Part shown: one piece after another, positions 28,945 through 40,251 of the stretch
How the letters are laid out: each line of letters begins with the position of its first letter
Position numbering within the stretch: position 1 is the stretch's first letter
Made by a program: the position numbers and the translations under genes
Notes under the pieces: model-generated
Databases searched by the model: none
The model's input: only the letters and a program-made list of their open reading frames with translations
Told to the model about the DNA's origin: nothing
Source: Lysobacterales bacterium
GTDB lineage: Bacteria > Pseudomonadota > Gammaproteobacteria > Xanthomonadales > SZUA-5
Direction of reading: 5' to 3'
DNA length: 64,000 bases
Assembly: GCA_022844165.1 (NCBI GenBank)
Contig: JALHMH010000006.1
Location: 1-64,000 of the forward strand

Positions 28945-30156
28945 GTGTCGTGGCTTGCCTATCCGTTGCAATCGGAGGCATTGCTGACGATCGGTGTCCT
29001 GGCGGTTCTGCGCCTGGTGCTCTACATCCCGCTGGGATTCCTGCTGAACGTGCTGGTGACCGTGGCCATGCTGCGTTACGCCGCGGCCGTGTTGGTCAGT
29101 AGTGCCGATGGCGAGACCGAAGCCCCGAACGGAATCGTCACAACACCGTCATTGGGCTGGGTTGTGCTGCGTGTGCAGATCGCGCTGACCATCCTGGGTG
29201 GCGGCGGCACATTTGTGCTGCACTATTTTTTCGACGCGGGCTGGTTGGCGTTGTTGCCGCTGTTGCTGATCTCAATGGCGACGCCAGCGGCTTTGATGAT
29301 CGCCGCCATCGACGAATCGACGATGGGCGCACTGAATCCGACCCGGTGGATTGAGCTGATTGCGCGTATCGGACCGCGCTATTTCCAAGCGAGTTTTTTG
29401 TGCCTGGCGATTCTCGTGGTTGAAGTCGGAGCGCAGTGGTTTTTGGCGCCGTGGTTGCCGCCTGTGATTGGCCTGGTGATGGTGTACTTCATCGCGCACT
29501 ATTGCACTGTGCTGATGTTTCACCTGCTGGGACGACTGGTATACGACCGGCGCGATGCGCTCGGATATCAGCCGGATCCCGTGGTGCGCAAAGTGGAGCG
29601 ACCCAAAGACAAGGATCAGGCAATTCTCGATGCCAGCGAAGCGCCCGCCAAACGGGGCGATTTCGTGGCAGCGGCCGGACTGTTGGCGGCGCACATTGAA
29701 CAGCGTGGCGGCACCGATGCCGTTCACTCGCGCTATCGCCAATATCTGCAGCGCCTGAACGATACGTCGGCGCTCAATGACCATTCGCGATCCTGGCTCA
29801 ACGTCATGATTGCTAACGAACGCTGGGCACAGGCGCTGACGTTCTGGAACGATGTGCGAACAGCGAATCCGGGAGTTTGGCCGATCAGCGGCGAACTGCT
29901 GGTGCAACTGCTCGAAAAGGCGCACGAACTGGGTCGGCCTGAGCTCTGTCCGCTGTTTGCATCGGGTTTTGCGCAAGCGCATCCTGGCGATGCGTATATT
30001 GGCCGAGTGCATAGCCTGACGGCGATGGCGATGCTCGCCTTGGGCCAAACGCACGAGGCGCTGGCGCTCGTTGAATCGACTCTGGCCGCCTATCCGAAAT
30101 CCAAGGCGAGATCTGAGTTGGAGGCGCTCCGGCACAAAGCGCAATCGCGGACTTGA
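28945..30156 (+). CDS. Membrane protein with C-terminal TPR-like region
   Basis: About 6 TM segments, then a helical domain ending AYPKS; start uncertain (GTG 28945 chosen). Confidence 0.7.
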   Translation: MSWLAYPLQSEALLTIGVLAVLRLVLYIPLGFLLNVLVTVAMLRYAAAVLVSSADGETEAPNGIVTTPSLGWVVLRVQIALTILGGGGTFVLHYFFDAGWLALLPLLLISMATPAALMIAAIDESTMGALNPTRWIELIARIGPRYFQASFLCLAILVVEVGAQWFLAPWLPPVIGLVMVYFIAHYCTVLMFHLLGRLVYDRRDALGYQPDPVVRKVERPKDKDQAILDASEAPAKRGDFVAAAGLLAAHIEQRGGTDAVHSRYRQYLQRLNDTSALNDHSRSWLNVMIANERWAQALTFWNDVRTANPGVWPISGELLVQLLEKAHELGRPELCPLFASGFAQAHPGDAYIGRVHSLTAMAMLALGQTHEALALVESTLAAYPKSKARSELEALRHKAQSRT

Positions 30157-30220
30157 CTCCCGACCTCGCTGAAGGCCTGCCGGGACAACCTAAGGGAAGA
30201 CAGATGATCGCGAAGCGCCA

Positions 30221-30907
30221 ATGAGCACTTTGACCATGATTCGCCACGGCCAGGCCGGCGCGACAGCGAACAACTACGACGAGTTGTCGCGTCTGGGTTT
30301 CGAACAGGCGCAACGCGCCGGGCGCTGGCTGCGTGCACACGACCGTCGTTTCGCGGCGACATACAGCGGCACGATGCGCCGCCAACGCGATACGTTGGCA
30401 ACGATCGTGCAGGTCCTGGTCAGTGCGCCGCCCAGCCAGGAGCACCTGGGGCTGAACGAATATGTCTTCGCCGATCTGGTACGCGCTTATGCCAAGGGCG
30501 CGCCGAACGATCCGGATCTGCAGCACGCCATGGCCGATCGCTTCGACAAACGGCGCTGGTTCGCATTGCTCAAGACCACACTGACCGCCTGGTCGGAAGA
30601 CCGTATCGCTGCGCCGCCGGAATCGTATGCTGCATTTCGGGCGCGTATTGCCGTTGCCGAATCGGTGTTGCGTGAAGCACTGGTGCATGGCGACGTTTTG
30701 GCGGTCAGCTCTGGTGGCGTGATGAGCCATTTGATCGCCGCGACGCTTGGCGCGTCGTCGGCGGCTGCGATCGATTTGAATCTGACGATCGCCAACACCG
30801 GCATCTGCGAGTTCAAACTCGCCCGATCCGGCCTCAAGTTGGTGTCGGTCAACAGTCTGCCGCACCTGTCGGCGCCTGAAGACGCCGGCCTGGTGACCTT
30901 GGCGTAG
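30221..30907 (+). CDS. Histidine phosphatase family protein
   Basis: IRHGQA, YDELSRLG, SGTMRRQ, SSGG, NSLPHL. Confidence 0.9.
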   Translation: MSTLTMIRHGQAGATANNYDELSRLGFEQAQRAGRWLRAHDRRFAATYSGTMRRQRDTLATIVQVLVSAPPSQEHLGLNEYVFADLVRAYAKGAPNDPDLQHAMADRFDKRRWFALLKTTLTAWSEDRIAAPPESYAAFRARIAVAESVLREALVHGDVLAVSSGGVMSHLIAATLGASSAAAIDLNLTIANTGICEFKLARSGLKLVSVNSLPHLSAPEDAGLVTLA

Positions 30908-30998
30908 ATCGCCGCCTGCGATCGCGCATGTTCATGATGCAGCAGTCTGCTCGACTGGCTTGCCGCGGTGCCATCGGCCGTTGCGCACCGGCGAGGCG

Positions 30999-31916
30999 TC
31001 AGGCCAGCACGTAATCGAGGCCCGCACGAACCGCGGCCACTTGCGCGGCCACACATTCGGCAGGCGTGGTCCTGGCGCTATCTGGATACACTTCAGTGGT
31101 GGTCGTAAAGCGTGCGTCGCTGGCGCCGGCACACAGGCCCAGCGCTTTGAACGGATAGCGGATGACACCTGGCGCCACCAACGGCGTGCCGATGAGGTTG
31201 CCGGCCGCATCGGCCGGCGCTATGTGCGTCACTTTCGATACGGCATCAATGATCGCCTGCTGGAATTGCGGTTGCGGATTGTCCTGATCGTCCACCAGGT
31301 AAAAACCGTCGGGAATTTCGCCCGGCTCATACGGCTTGCCGTCCCGTGCGGCCAACGCCGGCCGAAACTCGGACTCGTCGCTATCGGTGGTTTCGTGCAG
31401 GTCGATATGGACCATGAAACGCCCGAACCACGGCGCAATCAACCGCATCAGTGCCAAGGCCTCTTGTGCTTCGCCGCCCGCGCGGAACGAACGATTCGGA
31501 TCGATCGCGTGAGCATTCCAGCGGTGGATGCGCTCATACGCCCATGGGCTGACGCACGGCGCAATCAGTACATTGAGGCGTCCGGCATAGTCGGTCAGAT
31601 GCGCCCGCGCAAATGCCAAAGCGCCGTGTACGCCGCTGGTCTCATAACCGTGAACGCCGCCGGTGATCAGTGCGCACGGCAAGTGGTCGCGCCAATCGGT
31701 ACTGCGGATCGCACGTAGCGCAAACTGCTCATCGCCGTACGCAACTTGCCCATAGTCGACGATCGGCGCATGCCTGCCGATGTCGGCCAACGCTGTGAGC
31801 ACATCATCGGCATAACTGCGATGTTTGATCTGTCGATCAAGCCAGGCGCGGCGCTCGACATCGCCCCACGGCGTGCCAGGGGTGCCGATCGGGTAAACGC
31901 TGGTCTGCGAAGTCAT
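30999..31916 (-). CDS. M14 family metallocarboxypeptidase (ASTE/ASPA-like)
   Basis: GGVHGYE, DPNRSF, IDLHET, TTTEVYPD. Confidence 0.88.
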   Translation of the reverse strand: MTSQTSVYPIGTPGTPWGDVERRAWLDRQIKHRSYADDVLTALADIGRHAPIVDYGQVAYGDEQFALRAIRSTDWRDHLPCALITGGVHGYETSGVHGALAFARAHLTDYAGRLNVLIAPCVSPWAYERIHRWNAHAIDPNRSFRAGGEAQEALALMRLIAPWFGRFMVHIDLHETTDSDESEFRPALAARDGKPYEPGEIPDGFYLVDDQDNPQPQFQQAIIDAVSKVTHIAPADAAGNLIGTPLVAPGVIRYPFKALGLCAGASDARFTTTTEVYPDSARTTPAECVAAQVAAVRAGLDYVLA

Positions 31917-32042
31917 GGCGTGAGGGGCGCTATTTCGGTCCGGCGACTATGCCATGTCCATGCGCAATCGTGACGGCTGCACCTTGATTCGGAGTGTGGC
32001 GCAGCCTATGTTGGATGTTCGATATTTTCACCGGCACAGGCC

Positions 32043-32363
32043 ATGGCACAAGGCTTCGAAAAGCGGCGCCATCCGCGCACCGAGATTTCGGCGGTTGCGG
32101 TGTTGATCGCCACGGCAAAGGGTGCGTATTTGAGCCATCTGGCCGATGTGTCCCGCGGCGGTTGCCGAGTGGTTAGACCGTTGCCGTGGAGCAACGAGTC
32201 GCGCCCTCCGTTTCGCCTTTATTTCATCGTCGACCAGGACACGGTGATCGACATCGAAGCTCTGATGGTGCGCGCGGGCGATGAGCACATCGCCTTCCAA
32301 TTCGCGGCAGGACAGAACGACGAAGTCGAACAGCTGTTATACGAGGCACGCTTCATTGCCTGA
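32043..32363 (+). CDS. Stand-alone PilZ domain protein
   Basis: EKRRHPR and DVSRGG c-di-GMP-binding motifs. Confidence 0.85.
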   Translation: MAQGFEKRRHPRTEISAVAVLIATAKGAYLSHLADVSRGGCRVVRPLPWSNESRPPFRLYFIVDQDTVIDIEALMVRAGDEHIAFQFAAGQNDEVEQLLYEARFIA

Positions 32364-32379
32364 TGTGCTGGCCTACCCT

Positions 32380-32856
32380 ATGCCATCCGGCCCGCAACTC
32401 GCTTTGATCGCAGCAGTCGACCGTAACCTCGCGATTGGCGCGAGCGGCCAGTTGCCCTGGCACTATCCGGCAGACTTGAAACGCTTCAAGGCGCTGACCC
32501 TTGGGCACGCCATTCTGATGGGCCGCAAGACCTTCGATTCGATCGGCAAACCCTTGCCCGGACGGCGCAACCTCGTGCTGACGCGCGCGGCGATTGCGCA
32601 CAGTGGCATCGAAAGTTTCGATTCACTGGACGCTGCCTTGGGTGCCGTCGATGGACCCATCTGGGTGATCGGCGGCGGCGAAATCTACGCGCTGTGCCTG
32701 CCACTCGCGCAGCGCCTGGAATTGACACGAATTCCACTCGCCATCGAAAACGCCGACGCGTGGTTTCCAGCCTTTTCCAGCGACAGTTTTGAGTGCGTTT
32801 CGCGCCAGGCCGATCAGGATTTGGTCTTTGAGCGCTGGGAGCGATGCGTCGAGTGA
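32380..32856 (+). CDS. folA: Dihydrofolate reductase
   Basis: LIAAV, LPWHYPADLKRFK, MGRKTFDSIGKPLPGRRNLVLT, VIGGGEIY. Confidence 0.95.
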   Translation: MPSGPQLALIAAVDRNLAIGASGQLPWHYPADLKRFKALTLGHAILMGRKTFDSIGKPLPGRRNLVLTRAAIAHSGIESFDSLDAALGAVDGPIWVIGGGEIYALCLPLAQRLELTRIPLAIENADAWFPAFSSDSFECVSRQADQDLVFERWERCVE

Positions 32857-32935
32857 CGGGCCGAATCGCTCACTGCGGAGCATGTGCGCGGCGGCCGCAA
32901 CGCCATGGAGCGCACGGGCCATAGCCGTTCCGCTG

Positions 32936-33829
32936 TTACTGCACCACAATCTCAACCCGTCGATTCCGCGCTCGCCCGGGTTCCTGTGCGTTTGCTGCGG
33001 CCGGTGCCAGCGGGCCGACGCCGTGTGCAGACATTCGGCCAGCGGCGATGCCAAAGCGCTGCGTGAGCGCAGCAACAACGCTCGCTGCGCGATTGGCGGA
33101 CAGGCTTTGATTGTGCGCCAGGCTGCCCTGGTTATCGGTGTGACCAACGACGTACAACTTCAGCGCTGGCCGTTCTTTCAGTAGCAACGCGACCTGTTCA
33201 AGGGCCGTGTCCGACGTTGGCTGAAGTTTGGCGCTGTCGGTGTCGAAGAAAATGCCGTCGACGGCCACCCGGCCGTCGCGGTCCAGGGCTGAGCCCAGCG
33301 CGGCGGCGTCAGCCACGACGAGCCCCTGCTGCATTTGTGTCACTTCGATGATGTGGACATGGTGCACACTGGGATTGACCGCCACCGACACGTATGCGCG
33401 TTGCGACTGATACGCCAATTGCCCCGTGAAGTAGCGCACATCCTTGACGGCACCCATGTTCATACCGTTGATGGCGTTCCAGCTCGGGATTTCGCGCCAG
33501 CCGATGCCGCTGCTGGCGCAGCTGTCGCGGCCCACGCATTCATAGTCGATGCGCATGCCCGCCGCGACCAGCGCCTGGCGATAGTTCGCCGCGATTTCCA
33601 GTGGCGAACGGCCGGCGGGGTTGCGGTAGGTCAACCGGGTCAGCTTGCCCGACAAGGCCTCGGTTTGACTCGCATCCTCGCGCATGCCGACGATGCGCTG
33701 ATATTCGCTAAAGGCCAGCGCTTCTTTCTTGGTCAACACCGATCCTGGGTAAGCCGTCAACAGCGGGTGTTCGGCAAAGGCAGTGGCGGCGAGCGACAGC
33801 GCGCCAATCAAGCAGAACAAGCGTGGCAT
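32936..33829 (-). CDS. OmpA-family peptidoglycan-binding protein (DUF4892-like N-terminus)
   Basis: Signal peptide, HPLLTAYPGS, VVGHTDNQG..HNQSLSANRA, GRARNRRVEIV. Confidence 0.88.
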   Translation of the reverse strand: MPRLFCLIGALSLAATAFAEHPLLTAYPGSVLTKKEALAFSEYQRIVGMREDASQTEALSGKLTRLTYRNPAGRSPLEIAANYRQALVAAGMRIDYECVGRDSCASSGIGWREIPSWNAINGMNMGAVKDVRYFTGQLAYQSQRAYVSVAVNPSVHHVHIIEVTQMQQGLVVADAAALGSALDRDGRVAVDGIFFDTDSAKLQPTSDTALEQVALLLKERPALKLYVVGHTDNQGSLAHNQSLSANRAASVVAALTQRFGIAAGRMSAHGVGPLAPAAANAQEPGRARNRRVEIVVQ

Positions 33830-34007
33830 GGTCGATTCCAGGACAGATGCTGGCGCCAACCATAGCGCGCGTCCAGGGAAGACGCGAGCCGGTACGGCCA
33901 AGCGTTTCGTGCGCCAGCCAGCCATTTCACCTGGCAAGCTGCACGGATCGAGATTGCGACTTCGTTTGTACGGCTGCGGCCCCTTTGGCCGGACCTGGAG
34001 ATGCGCA

Positions 34008-36080
34008 ATGCGTTGTGTTGTTGGGTTGTGGTTATTGTGGTGTTCGGTCGCCGATGCGGGCATTGTGCCGGTGCGCTGGCCTGATGCCTCGGGCCTGTGC
34101 GCAGGAATGACGTTGCAGCAGTGCATCGAAGCCACGCCCGGAGGCGCGGAGCTGCGGGTGGTGCGCGGCGCCGGCGCCAACCCGCTGTACCACGCCATTC
34201 CAGGTACCTTGACCATCACTCGACCGTTGGTCCTGAGCGTCGAACCCGGTGTCGATGCGGTACTTGCCGATGGCGCCGATATCGAATGCGACCTGTCGGC
34301 AGGCGTGGGCAACTGCCACATTGAGGGCTTCGTTTTACGCCGCGGGAAAATTCGTCTCCTGGCGCCTGGAGCGTCGCCCGGCGATGTCCGCATTCTCCGC
34401 AATCGTATCGGCATCCCGTCGCGATCGAGCGCAACCGCAGCGATCGAGATCGACCTCCGGGGTGCGGTCTCAATGTCCAATTGGGAAGTACAGATCGCCA
34501 ACAACGTCTTGCATTCGACCGGGCCGTCCGGCGCCAACGGCATCTACGTCGTCAACGGTGTCCGGGCGCGTGCGCAAATTGCCGACAACCTGATCGAATC
34601 GAATCACGCGCAAGGGATGCGCAACGGCATTTTTGTGATCTATCAGAATGATGGCGAATTGCGCATCGAGCGCAACATCGTACGCGGCAGCACCGATGTC
34701 ACGGCGACTTCGAGTCCGATCACGATCACCCTGAATGGCCCGATGTCGGCGCCCATTCGCGTGGCCGACAATTGGATTCGTTCAGTGCCCGACGCCACCG
34801 GCGCTGGCATTGGCATGGTCCTGGGATTCCCAGGGGTCTCGACGGCACGCATCGTCAACAACTCGGTGATCGAAGGGCGATTCGGCATATCGCTGGCGAG
34901 CACCGCGCGCGCCGACACTTACGAGCTGCATAACAACCTCGTGGTTGGCCAATCGAACACCGCCGTCATCTTCTCTGGGGCGCCAATGGCGGCGCTCAAC
35001 AACACGTTCAACGCCTTGTTCGGAAATGCTGCGAGTGCCGTGGGTTTCGTACCGTCCAGCACCAACATCTTCGCCGACCCGCGGATCGAGAACCGCGACT
35101 TCCCGCGCCCGATCGCCGGCTCGCCACTGATCCAGGCTGGGAGCTTCTCACAGTGGTCCGCCCGGGCGGGAGAGCCGCCGTTTGTGGACGTAGGTGGCGA
35201 TCCCCGTCGAGGCAATGCGCTTGCAATCGACATTGGTGCGTTCCAGTGGCACCGCGACACCATCTTCGTTCATGAGGCGAACACCGAAAACTCCGACGGC
35301 AACTACACAGTCTTGCCCGCATCGATCGATGCGTCCAACCATCCGGTTGCCGTGCCTTTGGTGCAAGGGAGTATGCCAATGCAGCACGACCAGGCGGTCG
35401 GCGTCTGGCGCCCAACGCCGGCTCGCCTCGCGCTCTATCACGAAGATGCGGCAACGCCGATCAGTGGCCGTCGCTTCATTGTGGCCAGCTACGAGGCAGC
35501 GGCGTTCCCACACGATGCGGACTTGGGAAACACCGCAGGCGGCTGCACCCGCGTACCGGGGATCGGTTTCAACCAGCGCGATCCCAACTCTGTTGCCATC
35601 GCCATGCACCGATTTGAGGGTCCATTCGGCAATCTCTATTTTCCGGAGCCGTTCAGCATGGTTTTCGACGCCGACTGGTTTATTTGCACCGATACGCCTT
35701 CGGTGATTCCGCCTGGCCTGCGTTTTCATGTGCTGGATGCACCGCTGCGGTCGCCGAACGGATTCACGACCAGGGCGCTGCCGCAGTCTGCCGCCGAGGT
35801 GCCCTTGGCGCATCGATTGTTGGACGGCGCTGCCTGCGCTCTGCCCGTTGTCGGGCGCGGCCACGATACGACCGCGCTTTCGCAAGTGAATCCGCGCTCT
35901 CTGGCGGTACAGCACGAACCGCCGCGTGGCCCTGGTGCGCCGTCGCGATGGGTCGTGCATCGCGTCGGCACGTCATCCGAGCCCTTTCCGATGAATGCCG
36001 CATTCAACACCGTTTTAAGCGGTGCACAAGCGTTGCGTTGCCGGGTCGACGCGGATTTATTGCGCAACGGTTTCGAATAG
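34008..36080 (+). CDS. Secreted right-handed beta-helix protein with repeated C-terminal modules and GFE tail
   Basis: Signal peptide, TLQQCIE, repeated I.NN. rungs, SPLIQAG/DIGAFQ, ends DLLRNGFE. Confidence 0.75.
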   Translation: MRCVVGLWLLWCSVADAGIVPVRWPDASGLCAGMTLQQCIEATPGGAELRVVRGAGANPLYHAIPGTLTITRPLVLSVEPGVDAVLADGADIECDLSAGVGNCHIEGFVLRRGKIRLLAPGASPGDVRILRNRIGIPSRSSATAAIEIDLRGAVSMSNWEVQIANNVLHSTGPSGANGIYVVNGVRARAQIADNLIESNHAQGMRNGIFVIYQNDGELRIERNIVRGSTDVTATSSPITITLNGPMSAPIRVADNWIRSVPDATGAGIGMVLGFPGVSTARIVNNSVIEGRFGISLASTARADTYELHNNLVVGQSNTAVIFSGAPMAALNNTFNALFGNAASAVGFVPSSTNIFADPRIENRDFPRPIAGSPLIQAGSFSQWSARAGEPPFVDVGGDPRRGNALAIDIGAFQWHRDTIFVHEANTENSDGNYTVLPASIDASNHPVAVPLVQGSMPMQHDQAVGVWRPTPARLALYHEDAATPISGRRFIVASYEAAAFPHDADLGNTAGGCTRVPGIGFNQRDPNSVAIAMHRFEGPFGNLYFPEPFSMVFDADWFICTDTPSVIPPGLRFHVLDAPLRSPNGFTTRALPQSAAEVPLAHRLLDGAACALPVVGRGHDTTALSQVNPRSLAVQHEPPRGPGAPSRWVVHRVGTSSEPFPMNAAFNTVLSGAQALRCRVDADLLRNGFE

Positions 36081-36138
36081 GAGCTGGGTGGGCCAGCGGT
36101 CTTGTCCGCCGGGCAGGAGATTCGCCTAGACTTGAGCG

Positions 36139-37863
36139 ATGTCCGCCCAACAACGCCGCGCCGATGTGCTTGCCCGAGTAGCGCACTTGCCGCTGTTCGC
36201 GGGATTGGAGCGGCGTTCGTTGGTGCGGGTCGCAGATGAGCTGCAGTGGATCGCTTTGCCAGGCGGCGCCGAGCTCTTTGCCGAAAACGATGTGCCTGAC
36301 GCGGTGTATGTGCTGGTTGCCGGTTCACTCGGTGCGTTTCGCCTGGTCGACGGCCGCCTGAAGTTGCTCGGCCGTGTGCAGCCGGGCGAAACGGTCGGCG
36401 AAATGGCGCTGTTGAGCGGACATGTGCGCACCGCGACAGTACGTGCATTGCGCGATTCGGAGGTCGTACGCTTTTCTCTTGAGGGCTTCGAGCGGCTGGC
36501 AAAACAGCATCCGGATGCGATGTTGGCGATCGCGCGCGTCGCGGTCGAGCGCCTGGAACGCACGCTGGAGGCCAAACGCCAGGATCCGCCGCCGCGCACG
36601 CTGGCGTTGCTGCCGGCGCATCCGGGCCTGGATCTCGAACCGCTGGTCGAGCGACTGGCGTACGCCATGGCGCGGTTTGGCACGGTCGCGGTTGTCGGTG
36701 CGGACGAAGGACGGGATGCGACGATTTCCGAATTGCACGATATCGAAGCCGATCATGCAAAGGTGATTTACGTCGGCAGCAGCGACCCGGCCTGGAACGA
36801 ACGCTGTCGCCGCCAGGCCGACACTTTGGTTCTGGTGGCCGACGCACGTGAACCCGCCGTCGCGATCGACGCCGCGTCAGCAACCGATGCCTATCAGGCC
36901 ATTTTGCTCGTTTTGATGCACCCAGGACGTATCGTCCCCGGCGCAGCGCGCGCCTGGCGCACGCGCCTTGGTATTGAGCAACATCTGCATGTGCGCGATC
37001 ACAACGATATCGATCGGCTGGCGCGCCACCTGGCGCATCGTGCCGTGGGTGTTGTGTTTTCGGGTGGCGGTGCGCGCGGGTTTGCGCACATCGGTGCGAT
37101 TCGCGCCATGCGCGAGGCAGGCCTGGCGATCGATTCGGTCGGCGGTACGTCGATCGGTTCGTTGATGGCGGCCGCGATCGCGCTCGAATGGGAAGACGAT
37201 CTCATCCAGAGCTGCTTTCAGCGCTCGTTTGTGGCGACCAATCCACTGTCGGATTACACCATTCCGCTGGTGGCGCTGGTCGCGGGGCGTAAGGCTTCGC
37301 GTCTGCTGCGGCGGGAGTTTACGGAGATCGATATCGAAGACCTGCCGTTGCCGTTTTACGCGGTCTCGGCCGATCTTGCGGACGGTCGCAGTGTGGTGCA
37401 TCGCAGCGGCCCCTTGTGGCGCGCATTGCGCGCGTCTATCGCGATTCCCGGCGTGTTGCCGCCGGTCTGCCAGGGCGGCAAAGTGCTCGTCGACGGCGGT
37501 GTGATCGACAATCTGCCGATCGCGGCGATGCGCAAACGCCACCACGGGCCGGTCATCGGCATCGATATTGCCGGCAACCACGCGCTGGCAACGGATCTGG
37601 ATGAAACCGATCTGCCCTCTGCATGGGCGCTGCTGATGGCGCGCTGGCGCGGCCACCCCAAACGTCCCGGTATCTTGCGCATTTTGTTGCGTGCCGGCAT
37701 GGTCAACTCCGCCAGTACCGCCGAAGCGAACGCTGCGATGAGCGATCTCATCGTCAAGCCACCCGTCGACAACATCGATCTGTTGGCCTGGCAACGCTTC
37801 GAAGATGCGATCGCAAGCGGCTATGCGCACACTCGCGCGGCGTTGGCGAAGGCGACGCTGTGA
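36139..37863 (+). CDS. cNMP-binding patatin-like phospholipase (NTE family)
   Basis: cNMP domain (GETVGEMALL..RTATV), GGGARG, GTSIG, DGG. Confidence 0.92.
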   Translation: MSAQQRRADVLARVAHLPLFAGLERRSLVRVADELQWIALPGGAELFAENDVPDAVYVLVAGSLGAFRLVDGRLKLLGRVQPGETVGEMALLSGHVRTATVRALRDSEVVRFSLEGFERLAKQHPDAMLAIARVAVERLERTLEAKRQDPPPRTLALLPAHPGLDLEPLVERLAYAMARFGTVAVVGADEGRDATISELHDIEADHAKVIYVGSSDPAWNERCRRQADTLVLVADAREPAVAIDAASATDAYQAILLVLMHPGRIVPGAARAWRTRLGIEQHLHVRDHNDIDRLARHLAHRAVGVVFSGGGARGFAHIGAIRAMREAGLAIDSVGGTSIGSLMAAAIALEWEDDLIQSCFQRSFVATNPLSDYTIPLVALVAGRKASRLLRREFTEIDIEDLPLPFYAVSADLADGRSVVHRSGPLWRALRASIAIPGVLPPVCQGGKVLVDGGVIDNLPIAAMRKRHHGPVIGIDIAGNHALATDLDETDLPSAWALLMARWRGHPKRPGILRILLRAGMVNSASTAEANAAMSDLIVKPPVDNIDLLAWQRFEDAIASGYAHTRAALAKATL

Positions 37864-37997
37864 CCCGACTTGCGCACAACCGGTCGCGAGGCCGTTGTGC
37901 AGCAACGCCGATATACGAAGCGAATTGGGCATGGCATCGCGCCAAGAGCGGCCTTTTTGCGTAGCATCCGCAATGGTCGCACTCGACGGGGATCGAA

Positions 37998-38450
37998 ATG
38001 GCTGAGACCGGAGCGTTGGGCTGGATAAGTGGCGCCTTGGGTGGTTTGTTCAAACAGGAACAACTGGATCCAAAAGAGGAAATTTTCATCGCCGTGCTGT
38101 TCGCATTGCTCGGCTCGCTGGCCCGCGCTGACGGTGTGGTGTCCGCCGAAGAGGCGGCGCATGGCGAAGAACTCATCGATCGCATGCAGTTATCCAAAGC
38201 TGGCCGCAAGCTGGCGTTTACGCACTTCGAACGTGGTCGCGCTGGCGGGCTCAATGTTGAAGCGGAGTTGAACCGTTTTCTGGCCGTGTTTCGGCAGAGT
38301 TCAACCCACTCTGAGCAATTGATGGAAGCGTTGTTGACCTTGGCGCGTGCCGATGGTCGCATGCGCATTCCTGAAAAATCGTGGTTGACGCGCGTCGGCA
38401 CACGACTCGGGATCGATTCGGAGACACTGAAGGAGCGCATCGGCTCCTGA
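37998..38450 (+). CDS. TerB-family protein (DjlA N-terminal-like, no J-domain)
   Basis: [12 protein letters not shown] and LARADG repeats. Confidence 0.75.
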   Translation: MAETGALGWISGALGGLFKQEQLDPKEEIFIAVLFALLGSLARADGVVSAEEAAHGEELIDRMQLSKAGRKLAFTHFERGRAGGLNVEAELNRFLAVFRQSSTHSEQLMEALLTLARADGRMRIPEKSWLTRVGTRLGIDSETLKERIGS

Positions 38451-38524
38451 GGTTAGCGACGCGGGGTCAACTTCTTCGCAGCGAACGGCGCTATCGTTCG
38501 CTGCTACGATTGCCGCAGGAACAT

Positions 38525-39610
38525 ATGCGCATTTTCCCGCAACATCGCACGTGGGTGCACAGCGCCATTGCTGAGATCGACGCCGACTTTCAGCGTTCGG
38601 CGGATACACATCTGTTTCGCCTCCCGTGGCCGGCGGCGCCAGCGATTCGCATCTACTTTAAAGACGAATCCACGCACCCGACAGGCAGTTTGAAGCATCG
38701 GCTTGCGCGCTCGCTGTTTTTGTTCGGGCTGTGCAACGGCTGGATCGGACCGAAGACGCCGATCATCGAGGCCTCCAGCGGTAGCACCGCGATCAGTGAA
38801 GCCTACTTTGCGCGACTGCTGGGCCTGCCGTTCATCGCGGTGATGCCGCGCCACGTGTCGCCGGAGAAAATCGCGCAGATCGAGTTTTATGGCGGGCGCT
38901 GCCACCTGGTCGATGGTCCAAGTGTCTACGCCGAATCCGAGCGGCTCGCGCGAGAGCTGGGTGGCCACTACATGGACCAGTTCACGTTCGCCGAGCGGGC
39001 CACCGATTGGCGCGGCAATAACAACATCGCCGAAGCGATTTACGCACAGATGCAGCGCGAGCCCGATCCGATTCCGCGCTGGATTGTCGTCTCTGCCGGT
39101 ACCGGTGGCACGTCCGCGACCATCGGGCGTTACATGCGTTACTGCGCGAAACGCGACTGCAGCAGCCAGCTGTGTGTCGTAGATCCCGAACGCAGTGTGT
39201 TCTACGACTATTTCCAGAGCCTGGATGCGACGCTGACACTCGATTGCAGTTCGCGCATCGAAGGCATCGGTCGGCCGCGCGTCGAACCCTCGTTCGTACC
39301 AAGCGCGATCGATCGCATGCTGCAAATACCGGACGCCGCGTCGTTGGCGGCGATGCGTTTTCTCGAATCCCTGCTCGGTCGGCGCTGCGGTGGTTCCACC
39401 GGCACCAACTTCTACGGCGTTTGCACACTGCTCGCGGAAATGCGTGAGCGCAGCGAAACCGGTTCAGTGGTGACGCTGATTTGCGACGGCGGCGAACGAT
39501 ATCGCTGCACCTATTACAACGACGAATGGGTGCGCGCCCAGGGTCTGGACCTCGCACCATATCGCGCGCAATTGGAACGCTTCTGGCAAGGCGGTGCCTG
39601 GTCGTTGTGA
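38525..39610 (+). CDS. cds1: PLP-dependent cysteine synthase family protein, Cds1-type L-cysteine desulfhydrase
   Basis: [63 protein letters not shown]. Confidence 0.8.
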   Translation: MRIFPQHRTWVHSAIAEIDADFQRSADTHLFRLPWPAAPAIRIYFKDESTHPTGSLKHRLARSLFLFGLCNGWIGPKTPIIEASSGSTAISEAYFARLLGLPFIAVMPRHVSPEKIAQIEFYGGRCHLVDGPSVYAESERLARELGGHYMDQFTFAERATDWRGNNNIAEAIYAQMQREPDPIPRWIVVSAGTGGTSATIGRYMRYCAKRDCSSQLCVVDPERSVFYDYFQSLDATLTLDCSSRIEGIGRPRVEPSFVPSAIDRMLQIPDAASLAAMRFLESLLGRRCGGSTGTNFYGVCTLLAEMRERSETGSVVTLICDGGERYRCTYYNDEWVRAQGLDLAPYRAQLERFWQGGAWSL

Positions 39611-40251
39611 GACCATCCATCGGCAAACGTGGGCGTTTGATTTTTGCCGGTATCGATGCGCTGCTGCCGTTGCTGGGAATACTCTGCTTCGGCTGGTCGG
39701 CCGTGGCTTATGTGATCTGGTTCCTGGCCGACTGTGTGCTCGTGCCAGCGGGTGCAGTCGCCCGCCGCGTGCAGTTCCAACTCCATGGCTTCGATCCTGG
39801 CCCAGAGGCGAATTGGGTGGATCACGCTTCGTTGTGGCTGGCGCCAGTGCTGACGCTGGGTTTGTTCGCACTGGTCATGGGCGCAGGGCTGGCGGCATTC
39901 CTGGTGCCGTTGATTTTGTTTTCCAACTGGTGGCCAGCCATCGTTGCCGCTTGGCACAGCGAGCTGTTTTTCGCGATCGTTTCCAGCCTGGTGCTCCAAA
40001 CTTTCGCCACGTTGCGACCCAGCCAGCCGCTGAAATCGATTGAGGCGGCGTTTGCCCAGGAACACCAAAGCGCATTGCCGTTGGCCTTGGCCTTGATCGT
40101 GATGCCAGGCGCCATTGCCGCTGGCGCGGCGCTCGGACAGAGTGGCTTGATGATCGTCGCTACGGTCGCTTCGGCGCTGCGCCTGGTGTTGGCCTGGTAT
40201 CAGGAATCGCGCGCGCCCAGCGATGAGTCAGCGCCGCCACGGCGGCGGTGA
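39607..40251 (+). CDS. Hypothetical membrane protein
   Basis: 5-6 hydrophobic segments; GTG start overlaps the upstream stop. Confidence 0.6.
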   Translation: MRPSIGKRGRLIFAGIDALLPLLGILCFGWSAVAYVIWFLADCVLVPAGAVARRVQFQLHGFDPGPEANWVDHASLWLAPVLTLGLFALVMGAGLAAFLVPLILFSNWWPAIVAAWHSELFFAIVSSLVLQTFATLRPSQPLKSIEAAFAQEHQSALPLALALIVMPGAIAAGAALGQSGLMIVATVASALRLVLAWYQESRAPSDESAPPRRR

